64,000 bases of DNA from a virus. Its lineage: Duplodnaviria; Caudoviricetes. The stretch lies in the IMG/VR virus record IMGVR_UViG_3300035208_003115, one strand, 5' to 3'. A model generated the notes under the pieces. That model saw only the letters and a program-made list of their open reading frames with translations. It had not been told where the DNA came from and did not search any database. This document shows, one piece after another, positions 20,383 through 27,485 of this stretch (positions are counted from its first letter, which is position 1; every line of letters begins with the position of its first letter). Both the position numbers and the translations under genes were made by a program.

Positions 20383-20398
20383 ATTTAGGAGGAAGTAG

Positions 20399-20674
20399 AT
20401 GTCACGCTCGAGGCGGAAAACACCTATCTGTGCGGTGACAACGGCTCGTTCTGAAAAGAAGTTCAAGCATCTTTGTAATAAAGTCTTTCGGGCAAAGCAG
20501 CGTCGGCTCTTGCGTCTTTTACACGAAGAGCTAGAGTCTGAAATGGATATTAAATTGCCACGAAGATTAAGAGATGTTGTTGAACCATGGGCAGGTGACA
20601 AAGATGGAAAGCATTATTTCGCATACATGAAGGAAAAGTATCCGAAAATCTATGCGAAGTATATGAGAAAGTAA
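20399..20674 (+). CDS. basic hypothetical protein
   Basis: ORF with AGGAGG RBS. Confidence 0.65.
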   Translation: MSRSRRKTPICAVTTARSEKKFKHLCNKVFRAKQRRLLRLLHEELESEMDIKLPRRLRDVVEPWAGDKDGKHYFAYMKEKYPKIYAKYMRK

Positions 20675-20676
20675 CT

Positions 20677-20750
20677 GGGTCTGAAGCTTTAAAGTGAAGC
20701 CTGCGGCTTTTAACCGCAATAAGAGGGGGCAGTACCCTCCAGACCCACCA
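20677..20750 (+). tRNA. tRNA-Lys(TTT), T-loop GGCAGTA
   Basis: tgcgg-ctTTTaa-ccgca, CCA. Confidence 0.85.
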
Positions 20751-20772
20751 TGATTTTCACATGAGCGAGGGT

Positions 20773-20826
20773 GCTAGGTGTAAGTCGGGGAAGCTGACCG
20801 GGAGCAGCGCCGGCTACCTAGCACCA
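20773..20826 (+). ncRNA. CCA-ended tRNA-like minihelix without D or anticodon arm
   Basis: GCTAGGT/ACCTAGC + ACCA; inner AGTCGG/CCGGCT and GCTG/CAGC. Confidence 0.5.
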
Positions 20827-20852
20827 TGGAATGTAAAGGATTAAGGTTATAC

Positions 20853-20929
20853 GCTCTCTTAGTTCAGTGGTCCAGAACGCTTGCTTTACATGCAAGATGT
20901 CGCAGGTTCGAATCCTGCAGAGAGCACCA
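20853..20929 (+). tRNA. tRNA-Val(TAC)
   Basis: cttgc-ttTACat-gcaag, CCA. Confidence 0.95.
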
Positions 20930-20931
20930 AA

Positions 20932-21059
20932 TTGAGGCCGTTTAGTGAAAAGGTTAGTGGCTCAGTTGGCAGAGCGCCCGCCCAAAAAGCGGGTTGATGT
21001 GGGTTCGAGTCCCACCTAACTATTGCCTTTAGTGGGCAATCACTAAAACCATCCCTCAA
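20932..21059 (+). ncRNA. tRNA-like cloverleaf (AAA at the anticodon position, no CCA) inside a longer closing stem
   Basis: cloverleaf 20952-21021; flanks TTTAGTGA/TCACTAAA and TTGAGG/CCTCAA pair. Confidence 0.55.
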
Positions 21060-21071
21060 ATTGAGGCAAGT

Positions 21072-21145
21072 GGGTCTAAAGCATTGTAGCGATGCAGTCG
21101 GCTCTTAACCGACAGAGCTCGGGGCAGTACCGGGTAGGCCCACCA
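21072..21145 (+). tRNA. tRNA-Lys(CTT), T-loop GGCAGTA
   Basis: gtcgg-ctCTTaa-ccgac, CCA. Confidence 0.85.
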
Positions 21146-21166
21146 ATTTAGAACTAGGAAGCTACG

Positions 21167-22231
21167 ATGAAGTCAAAGAAATTATACAAGAAGACGTCTG
21201 TTGGAGACTTACAATACTGGCAGATTGAGGTTAAGGGCGCAGAAATAATCACCTACTATGGTAAAGTGGGTGGAACCGAGATGGAGACTCACGATGTAGT
21301 TCGTGAAGCTAAATCTCAGGATACGATTGAGAAGCAAGCTGTGTCTGAAGCTGAGTCACAGTTTAAAGCCAAAGTAAAGAAGGGCTACGTTCTTGAGATA
21401 GATAGAGCTCAGGGCGGAGAGACCAATCATACGGGCGGTTGGTTTCCAATGTTGGCTCATAAGTTTCGGGACCATGGACATAAGATAGTTTATCCGGCGT
21501 ATGTTCAGCCCAAGCTTGATGGGTACCGATGTGTTAGTGATCCGGATCAGACATTGTGGACACGTACTCGTAAGCCTCATTTGGGTGTTCCCCATATTGC
21601 GGCGGCATTACCAGAGGGAGTTCGGCTTGATGGTGAGCTTTATAACCACAAGTACAAGGATAACTTCGAACGTATCTCACATCTGGTAAATCAGAAGTTA
21701 GAGGCAGCTGATGGGCATGAGGTAGTTCAGTACCACGTGTATGATGTGAATATGCCCGGCTCTTTTGAAGAGAGGCATACATGGTTAAGAGCTAACCTTC
21801 CGAAAGGATTGCCTTTCGTTTTGGTGGAAACCAAGAAGGTTAACGACGAAGACGAGTTGATGGAAGCTTTCGAGTATTATCGCTCGAAGGGATATGAAGG
21901 GGCGATGGTAAGGAATGCGGCAGCACCCTATGAAATGAAGCGCTCCTATAATCTGTTGAAGATAAAGGAGTTCGACGATGCTGAGTTCAAGATTGTGGGG
22001 ATTGAGGAGGGCCGAGGCAGATTGATGGGGCATGTCGGTGCCTTCATCTGCGAGACTTCTAATGGGACTCGGTTCAATGCTAAGATGATCGGCGAGACAT
22101 CTAAGCTCAAGGAATACTTTGACAATTATAAACTCTGGGAAGGTAAGTCCCTAACGGTTCAGTATCAGGGTCTTACTACCAAGAATAAAGTGCCTCGATT
22201 TCCCAGAGGAATAAGATTTAGAGAGGACTAG
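21167..22231 (+). CDS. ATP-dependent DNA ligase with WGR-like N-terminus
   Basis: QPKLDGYR, LDGELY, YEGAMVR, LLKIKEF.DAEF, PRFP. Confidence 0.93.
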   Translation: MKSKKLYKKTSVGDLQYWQIEVKGAEIITYYGKVGGTEMETHDVVREAKSQDTIEKQAVSEAESQFKAKVKKGYVLEIDRAQGGETNHTGGWFPMLAHKFRDHGHKIVYPAYVQPKLDGYRCVSDPDQTLWTRTRKPHLGVPHIAAALPEGVRLDGELYNHKYKDNFERISHLVNQKLEAADGHEVVQYHVYDVNMPGSFEERHTWLRANLPKGLPFVLVETKKVNDEDELMEAFEYYRSKGYEGAMVRNAAAPYEMKRSYNLLKIKEFDDAEFKIVGIEEGRGRLMGHVGAFICETSNGTRFNAKMIGETSKLKEYFDNYKLWEGKSLTVQYQGLTTKNKVPRFPRGIRFRED

Positions 22232-22235
22232 GTAA

Positions 22236-22403
22236 ACCCAAGCTCTAGACCCGAGAGGGTGGATAGAGTTCCTACGGCCCATGTGGCGTTGCTTCTCGTT
22301 AGCCGGAGATCGATACGGCAGGAAACGGTAGGATGTAAGCGGTGCGGGTAGGAATGGATTCCCGCCTAGAGCGAACGGGTACTAAGCGCATTACAGTGCG
22401 CTT
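22236..22403 (+). ncRNA. candidate multi-branch structured RNA
   Basis: GCTCTAG/CTAGAGC, ACCC-GAGA-GGGT, TCCTAC/GTAGGA, GCGGG/CCCGC, AAGCGCAT/GTGCGCTT. Confidence 0.5.
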
Positions 22404-22445
22404 TAAGAAGAGTTTAACGAGTTAATGCGCAATAGAATGCGCAAT

Positions 22446-22534
22446 GCGCTTATGGTGAAATGCAGACACGCAGGACTAAGGATCCTGTGGGGGTAAAGTC
22501 CCCCGTGAAGGTGCAAATCCTTCTAGGCGCACCA
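22446..22534 (+). tRNA. tRNA-Leu(AAG), A34
   Basis: cagga-ctAAGga-tcctg, long V arm, A73, CCA. Confidence 0.9.
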
Positions 22535-22539
22535 TACGT

Positions 22540-22626
22540 TCCAGGGTAGGCTAATGGCAAGTCGGCGGCCTGTTAAGTCGCTGGGCCGTAAGGCCCTTCT
22601 AGGTTCGAGTCCTAGTCCTGGAGCCA
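22540..22626 (+). tRNA. tRNA-Asn(GTT) with long variable arm
   Basis: gcggc-ctGTTaa-gtcgc; V arm GGGCC-GTAA-GGCCC; G73, CCA. Confidence 0.88.
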
Positions 22627-22659
22627 TTAAGATAATGCGGAGAACAGTACAGATAAGAT

Positions 22660-22735
22660 TGCGCGTTAGTTTAGCTGGCAAAACGCTCGGCTCTGAACCG
22701 AGAGAGGCTACGTTCGAACCGTAGACGCGCAACCA
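22660..22735 (+). tRNA. tRNA-Gln(CTG)
   Basis: ctcgg-ctCTGaa-ccgag, CCA. Confidence 0.9.
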
Positions 22736-22740
22736 TTTAA

Positions 22741-22770
22741 GGATGGGTTCGAATCCCTGTCCTAGAACCA
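22741..22770 (+). pseudogene. 3' tRNA fragment (T arm, acceptor, CCA)
   Basis: GGGTTCGAATCCC..TCCTAGAACCA with no 5' half visible. Confidence 0.55.
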
Positions 22771-22784
22771 TTAAGAAGGTGAAC

Positions 22785-23201
22785 ATGAGATACGAGTGTA
22801 CAGAAGGAAATCATAATAAGTACTGGGAATATGAGGAACCAATCCGGCATGGGTCTTCATGGGGCGTTAGAGTTACTTGGGGTAAAATTGGAACCGTAGG
22901 TGGAACCCAAGAGAAGATTTTCGAATCCTTAAATGCTGCAGAAGACTTTATTACTGATAAGATTTATGAGAAGGAGACGAAGGGGTATCGAGAGGTTTCT
23001 CAACAATCTACAAGACACGAATCGAATTGTACTTGTTCTATCCATACAGATATCTGGGATATAGGAACTGCGGAGGAAGTGGGTAAAAAGGCAAAAGGTA
23101 AGACAGCCTCTCCTAAGTCTAAAAGGGAGAAGGAAGGAATTGACGTAATCGACTTTGATTTAATTGCTGAGCCAGTTAAGAAGAAAGTGTCAAAGAAATA
23201 A
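22785..23201 (+). CDS. WGR domain protein
   Basis: NKYWE....VTWGKIGT.G...K.F.....A......I.EK..KGY. Confidence 0.8.
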   Translation: MRYECTEGNHNKYWEYEEPIRHGSSWGVRVTWGKIGTVGGTQEKIFESLNAAEDFITDKIYEKETKGYREVSQQSTRHESNCTCSIHTDIWDIGTAEEVGKKAKGKTASPKSKREKEGIDVIDFDLIAEPVKKKVSKK

Positions 23202-23202
23202 T

Positions 23203-23276
23203 CGGAGATAAGTGTTACGGTAGCACACGTGCTTTGGGAGCATGTAGCGCAGGTTCAACTCCTGCATTTCCGACCA
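23203..23276 (+). tRNA. tRNA-Pro(TGG)
   Basis: cgtgc-ttTGGga-gcatg, CCA. Confidence 0.9.
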
Positions 23277-23279
23277 ATA

Positions 23280-23437
23280 CTCCTGCAAGTGTTAGTGGCT
23301 GGTGTCACGGAGTAGTAACGAGAAGGACTCAGCATGTAGTTCAGCAAGTAGAACGCTCGGTTCGGGACCGAGAGGCCGCAGGGGCGGAGCCTGCCATGCT
23401 GACCAATTAGGAAGTTCAACTCTTCCGCGGGAGACCA
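23280..23437 (+). pseudogene. split tRNA remnant (5' from 23280, 3' 23410-23437) bracketing tRNA-Pro(CGG)
   Basis: CTCCTGC pairs with GCGGGAG-ACCA; T arm GGAAG-TTCAACT-CTTCC. Confidence 0.6.
23330..23405 (+). tRNA. tRNA-Pro(CGG)
   Basis: ctcgg-ttCGGga-ccgag, atypical T loop, CCA. Confidence 0.85.
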
Positions 23438-23452
23438 TTTTAAGGAGCTAAA

Positions 23453-23695
23453 ATGCAATTTAGAAAGAAGCCAGTTGTAGTCGAAGCAGTTCAGCTTACC
23501 TCTGCGATGCTTGACGGAATCGAGTCACTTCCAGGGGGTGTCTTTCGTAATTCGGAACGTAACTTCGGCGTTGTAACTCTTGAAGGAGTTATGACGGGTA
23601 ATGCTGGCGATTGGCTAATCACTGGGGTAAAAGGCGAGAAGTATATCTGTCGAAGAGATATCTTTGAACAGACATACGAAAGAGTATTGGTATAG
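23453..23695 (+). CDS. conserved phage protein (PGDYG-like)
   Basis: FRKKPVVVEAVQ...TLEG.M....GDW.I.GVKGE.Y.C..DIF..TY. Confidence 0.75.
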   Translation: MQFRKKPVVVEAVQLTSAMLDGIESLPGGVFRNSERNFGVVTLEGVMTGNAGDWLITGVKGEKYICRRDIFEQTYERVLV

Positions 23696-23697
23696 TT

Positions 23698-23730
23698 GTC
23701 GCGTTCGTCTATCGGTAAGGACACCGCGCT
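23698..23730 (+). pseudogene. 5' half of disrupted tRNA-Glu(TTC)
   Basis: GTCGCGT acceptor, D arm, CCGCG-CT; complements the 3' half at 24324-24365. Confidence 0.85.
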
Positions 23731-23731
23731 G

Positions 23732-23760
23732 TTGACATAATATTCTATATGTGCTATAAT
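23732..23760 (+). promoter_or_regulatory. consensus sigma70 promoter for the HNH cassette
   Basis: TTGACA-17 nt-TATAAT. Confidence 0.9.
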
Positions 23761-23778
23761 CCATAAAAGGAGAATAGC

Positions 23779-24258
23779 ATGATCTCAAAGTTGAACAAGT
23801 TAACTGATGTGCAATTTGTGGGTCTTGTAAGCAAGTGTAACTCAATTGCCGAGGTGGTTTCAAAGCTCGGTTATGCTGTTACTGGTTCTGGACACACGAA
23901 GGTAAGAGATAGAATTCAACTTCTTGGCCTTTATGATTCTTTGATTAAGAGAACTAATCTACTCCGAGGTAGATGTCTTCGATTGGCTAACAGAATCTCG
24001 GATAAAGAGTTTCTTGTGAAGGGCGTAAGAAGACATAACTCATGTCTTAGAAAAAGGTTAATACTACTCGGGATACCTTATTGCTGTTCTGGGTGTGGAC
24101 TTGAGGCTAAGTGGAATGGCAAGGTTTTATCCCTTCAAATCGATCATATCGATGGAGATAGGGACAATAATACAAAAGAGAATTTGCGTTTTATGTGTCC
24201 GAACTGTCATTCCCAGACACCGACGTTTAGTGGGAAGAATAATAAAAGACCGCATTAG
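23779..24258 (+). CDS. HNH homing endonuclease
   Basis: CSGCG..W....L.LQIDHIDGD..NN..ENLRFMCPNCHSQT. Confidence 0.92.
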   Translation: MISKLNKLTDVQFVGLVSKCNSIAEVVSKLGYAVTGSGHTKVRDRIQLLGLYDSLIKRTNLLRGRCLRLANRISDKEFLVKGVRRHNSCLRKRLILLGIPYCCSGCGLEAKWNGKVLSLQIDHIDGDRDNNTKENLRFMCPNCHSQTPTFSGKNNKRPH

Positions 24259-24322
24259 AACATGGGTAGTTCGCCTCCCTTTCAAGGAGGAAAAACGAGT
24301 TCGAGCCTCGTATGCGGTACCA
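24249..24322 (+). tRNA. tRNA-Glu(TTC), replacement copy
   Basis: cctcc-ctTTCaa-ggagg, CCA; contains the HNH stop codon. Confidence 0.88.
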
Positions 24323-24323
24323 A

Positions 24324-24365
24324 TTCAACGCGGAGAGGGGAGTTCAATTCTCCCACGCGATACCA
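24324..24365 (+). pseudogene. 3' half of disrupted tRNA-Glu(TTC)
   Basis: TTC-AA-CGCGG, T arm, ACGCGAT-ACCA. Confidence 0.85.
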
Positions 24366-24378
24366 TTAAGGAGTTAAG

Positions 24379-24570
24379 ATGAAGTGTACTTATTGTGAAA
24401 ATGAAGCAGTAATGGAATTAACAAATCTTAAGAATAAAGTAACAAAGAGATTTTGCAAGGGGCACTTTGGGGAGTTCATCACGGATGGGCAATCCAGGGT
24501 TCAAGAACAGTTCTTGGATGTAACAATGGGTCCAAGAGTTGATGCTCACGGAAACCGTGTTCAGCATTAA
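24379..24570 (+). CDS. small Cys/His protein
   Basis: CxxC...CxxH, RBS. Confidence 0.55.
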   Translation: MKCTYCENEAVMELTNLKNKVTKRFCKGHFGEFITDGQSRVQEQFLDVTMGPRVDAHGNRVQH

Positions 24571-24574
24571 ATAC

Positions 24575-24648
24575 ACGACAATGGTGTAACAGTAGCATCA
24601 CGGACTCCAAACCCGTGGGCGAACGTGCAAATCGTTCTTGTCGTGCCA
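24575..24648 (+). tRNA. tRNA-Trp(CCA)
   Basis: acgga-ctCCAaa-cccgt, G73, CCA. Confidence 0.85.
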
Positions 24649-24653
24649 ATTAT

Positions 24654-24729
24654 GGGCGAGTAGGCCAACGGCAGAGTCAGCGCGCTCAGAACGCGTCCAG
24701 TGCGGGTTCGAATCCCGCTTCGCCCACCA
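24654..24729 (+). tRNA. tRNA-Leu(CAG) lacking a long variable arm
   Basis: gcgcg-ctCAGaa-cgcgt, 5-nt variable loop, CCA. Confidence 0.85.
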
Positions 24730-24746
24730 AATTAAGGAGAACTAGA

Positions 24747-25049
24747 GTGAAGAAATCTGATAAAGGTTTTACTGTAATTGAACTTATAATTCCTATTGCT
24801 ATCATTGGTATTTTGATAGCTGTAGCAACTGACCGGTGGCTTTCAGGCCAGGAAAAGTATTATCAGATTCAGCTTTCTAATGGTACAGTTGTAGCTACAA
24901 AAGGATATACTAAATCCTACTGTGGTCTCAATTTTAAGTCTCTTATGACTGGCGCAGAATATCATTGTATTCAGAATGCGAAAGTCGTAGAGATAAAACC
25001 TGGAGAAGCAAATGAGATTGGAGAGAAATCGTCTACTGCATCAAAATAA
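24747..25049 (+). CDS. type IV prepilin-like protein
   Basis: GTG start with AGGAG; KG/FTVIELIIPIAIIGILIAVA class III signal. Confidence 0.8.
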   Translation: MKKSDKGFTVIELIIPIAIIGILIAVATDRWLSGQEKYYQIQLSNGTVVATKGYTKSYCGLNFKSLMTGAEYHCIQNAKVVEIKPGEANEIGEKSSTASK

Positions 25050-25050
25050 T

Positions 25051-25127
25051 ACCTGTATAGCTTAGCGGTCCAAAGCGTCTCCCTGTCACGGAGAAGATCG
25101 CCGGTTCAAATCCGGTTGCAGGTGCCA
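25051..25127 (+). tRNA. tRNA-Asp(GTC)
   Basis: tctcc-ctGTCac-ggaga, CCA. Confidence 0.92.
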
Positions 25128-25130
25128 TAT

Positions 25131-25217
25131 GGAAGGGTAAACTCGTACGGAGCGAGGAAGCATCCCATGGGATGAACTGCCACGGCTCAGTTGGTTCGAC
25201 TCCAACACCTTCCACTA
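25131..25217 (+). pseudogene. degenerate tRNA-like sequence
   Basis: GGAAGG/CCTTCC, intact T arm, collapsed anticodon loop, ends ACTA. Confidence 0.55.
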
Positions 25218-25231
25218 ATTAAGGAGCTAAG

Positions 25232-25471
25232 ATGCCACGGTCTAAGTTAGTTATTGCGTCTTTGGTAGCCCAAAAATTCGGTCAACACCTCAAGAAATTG
25301 AGGGATAAGAGGAAGCTATCCCAGTACAAGTTGGCCGCAAAGATCAAAATGCACCCGATGATGATCAACCATTATGAGAAGGGAAGACGTCAGCCAACCC
25401 TTGGATCAATTATCAGATTGGCGGAGGGATTGGGTGTTCCCCCCGCCGACCTATTGAAGTATGAAAAGTAA
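25232..25471 (+). CDS. XRE-family HTH regulator
   Basis: LKKLR....LSQ..LA......I..YEKG.RQP. Confidence 0.9.
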   Translation: MPRSKLVIASLVAQKFGQHLKKLRDKRKLSQYKLAAKIKMHPMMINHYEKGRRQPTLGSIIRLAEGLGVPPADLLKYEK

Positions 25472-25473
25472 GT

Positions 25474-25550
25474 GCCCTCTTCGTTCAATTGAACAGGACC
25501 CGCGGCTACGAACCGCGAGATGGTGGGTTTGAGTCCCCCGGAGGGTACCA
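25474..25550 (+). tRNA. tRNA-Arg(ACG)
   Basis: cgcgg-ctACGaa-ccgcg, CCA. Confidence 0.9.
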
Positions 25551-25553
25551 TAT

Positions 25554-25627
25554 ACCAAGGTCGGCCAAATACTAGGCTTCCAGACGTCAGTCTGGCGATG
25601 CAGGTGAGATCCCTGCCCTTGGTACCA
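25554..25627 (+). tRNA. atypical tRNA with 6-nt anticodon loop CGTCAG (identity unclear)
   Basis: ACCAAGG/CCTTGGT, ccaga/tctgg, CCA. Confidence 0.55.
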
Positions 25628-25632
25628 TTAAG

Positions 25633-25707
25633 GCTGGGATAGCTTAAGTAGTAGAGCGCTGCCTTGGTAAGGCTGATATCCGAGTGCAAGTCTCGGTCCT
25701 AGCTCCA
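25633..25707 (+). tRNA. tRNA-Thr(GGT)
   Basis: loop ttGGTaa, CCA. Confidence 0.85.
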
Positions 25708-25710
25708 GTT

Positions 25711-25785
25711 GCCCTCAAAGCATAGACAGCGATGCAGGGGTTTTGTAAACCTCAGAGCTCGGCGCACATCCGGGTGAGGGCTCCA
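25711..25785 (+). tRNA. tRNA-Thr(TGT)
   Basis: ggggt-ttTGTaa-acctc, atypical T loop, CCA. Confidence 0.85.
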
Positions 25786-25971
25786 TTAAGGAGAACAGAT
25801 GTACTTTTCACATTACTTCGAAGGTATCGGTTGGGACTTTGTTATAGATATCTTCGCCAATCAGTCAGCCGTTAAGTTTACTTGGAAGCCAAAGTTTTTC
25901 TGGGAGAAGGATCATCGCGGGGTTCACTGGTTTACGTGTTGTTGCTGTATTGAAAGATAAGGAGAAATAAG

Positions 25972-26280
25972 ATGTTGAAATGGGATACGAAGTTAGAAAA
26001 TTGGCTTATAAAGCAGATAGATCAATGGTCCGTCAATGGCGAAGCAGATAAGATCGGTGATTTAATTGGATATTTGCGGGATAAGCTGTGCTCTGCTCAA
26101 ATTCCCGAAGAGTCTGATAATTCTCCCTACGAGCATTTTGAAAATGGTTTTAATCTCGGGGCTGAAAACTGGGATAAGAAGTTCATCGCCATCGAGTTTG
26201 AGGAAGATATTTTTATCTTTGAGATGTCAGCTAAAGAAGTGAAGAATAAAGTTACTACCTGGATTAAGAGCCGCCCGTAG
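25972..26280 (+). CDS. hypothetical protein
   Basis: RBS; stop lies inside the next tRNA. Confidence 0.6.
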   Translation: MLKWDTKLENWLIKQIDQWSVNGEADKIGDLIGYLRDKLCSAQIPEESDNSPYEHFENGFNLGAENWDKKFIAIEFEEDIFIFEMSAKEVKNKVTTWIKSRP

Positions 26281-26353
26281 CCAGGCCACTCTCCGGAGGT
26301 GGTAGCTGTAGCTGGAGCTGCGAACGCAGGTTCAAATCCTGCCGGGCGGGCCA
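26271..26353 (+). tRNA. tRNA-Arg(CCG), rearranged D arm
   Basis: CCGCCCG/CGGGCGG, ccact-ctCCGga-ggtgg, T arm, CCA. Confidence 0.75.
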
Positions 26354-26367
26354 TATAAGGAGCTAAG

Positions 26368-26655
26368 ATGAGTCGTTTCAACGTAGAAGTTAAGCTTCTT
26401 CATGCCGGTCAACCAAGACCATATGCCGATTCCCGGCGCGAAGCAGAACTAATCTTTAAGAATTGGTGGGACTCTACAACCGGCGAACGTGAAGGAAACT
26501 GGGATCCAGAAGAAGAGCTAGTCCGACAACTAACAAAACTTCTAGTTGCTGACTTTAAGGAAAAGCCAGTCTGGCACGAGAATCGTCTCCAAAAGATTGA
26601 GAAGCTAGGGGTGGGCAGATGGTTAGTTGAAGTTATAGAGCCCTTCTGCGATTAA
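26368..26655 (+). CDS. hypothetical protein
   Basis: RBS AGGAG. Confidence 0.6.
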   Translation: MSRFNVEVKLLHAGQPRPYADSRREAELIFKNWWDSTTGEREGNWDPEEELVRQLTKLLVADFKEKPVWHENRLQKIEKLGVGRWLVEVIEPFCD

Positions 26656-26656
26656 C

Positions 26657-26739
26657 GTCCCTGTAGCCGAAGGCGTTTCCTAAACGCTTAAACGTAAAGG
26701 GAGCTGAAAATGTTGGTTCGAATCCAACCAGGGATACCA
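26657..26739 (+). tRNA. tRNA-Arg(CCT), rearranged D arm
   Basis: GTCCCTG/CAGGGAT, ggcgt-ttCCTaa-acgct, T arm, CCA. Confidence 0.75.
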
Positions 26740-26896
26740 TTATGGGACATAAGAGACGAGGGAAATTGTTTGGTCTAAGGCGGAAGGGCATACTCTGGGA
26801 CCATAATTGGGATGGCGGGAAGGTAGATCGTTTTGATAAGTTCTGGAAGAGATATTGGAGTCGCTGGTTAAGACGCCAGGGAAATAAGGAGCTGGG

Positions 26897-27370
26897 ATGA
26901 AGAGATTGGTGTTAATTTTGCTGCTTATTGCCAGTCCTGCGTGGACAATTAGTCCCGGATGGATACATATAGATAGAAGGGAATTAACCCTTAGGTATAC
27001 GGAAGGTGACCAAGCCTGGATTTTCCCCGTATGTATAGGTCGAAAAGGAACTCAAGACAAGGCAACATGTACCCCGGCCGGGGAATACCGTATTATTTAT
27101 AAGAAAAAGAATCCATGGTATCGCAATGTAGGAGAAGATGCCGAGTGGGTTCCTCCATATAATCAGGATAAACGTAATAAATATGGGACGAGAATTATGG
27201 GGCTAGATTATAGGCGGACAGAATCTTCCCGCCGCATGGCTATTCACGGGACTAATGAACCCGAGTTAATTCCCGGCTATTATAGCGCTATGTGTATTAG
27301 ACTTAGAAATGAGGATGTTGAGTTTTTATACAATAAAGTTGAAAATGGGTGTCGGGTTATTATAGAATAG
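26897..27370 (+). CDS. L,D-transpeptidase (YkuD family) with signal peptide
   Basis: TPAGEY.I..K..NP.W, AIHGTN..L....S.MCIRL.NEDVE.LY. Confidence 0.9.
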   Translation: MKRLVLILLLIASPAWTISPGWIHIDRRELTLRYTEGDQAWIFPVCIGRKGTQDKATCTPAGEYRIIYKKKNPWYRNVGEDAEWVPPYNQDKRNKYGTRIMGLDYRRTESSRRMAIHGTNEPELIPGYYSAMCIRLRNEDVEFLYNKVENGCRVIIE

Positions 27371-27386
27371 ACTATAAGTTCTATGT

Positions 27387-27468
27387 GCCCCAGTAGCCGG
27401 GCCGAGCTTCTACCTCGGTACCCGTAGTGGAGCTGGAATCAGGGGTTCAAATCCCTTCTGGGGTACCA
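27387..27468 (+). tRNA. tRNA-Arg(TCT), rearranged D arm
   Basis: GCCCCAG/CTGGGGT, ccgag-ctTCTac-ctcgg, T arm, CCA. Confidence 0.75.
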
Positions 27469-27485
27469 ATTTTAAAGGAGCTAAG

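Noticed and set aside
20770-20826. SRP (4.5S) RNA
   Set aside because: Lacks the helix 8 CAGG/GGAA/AGCA arrangement and ends in ACCA like an acceptor stem.
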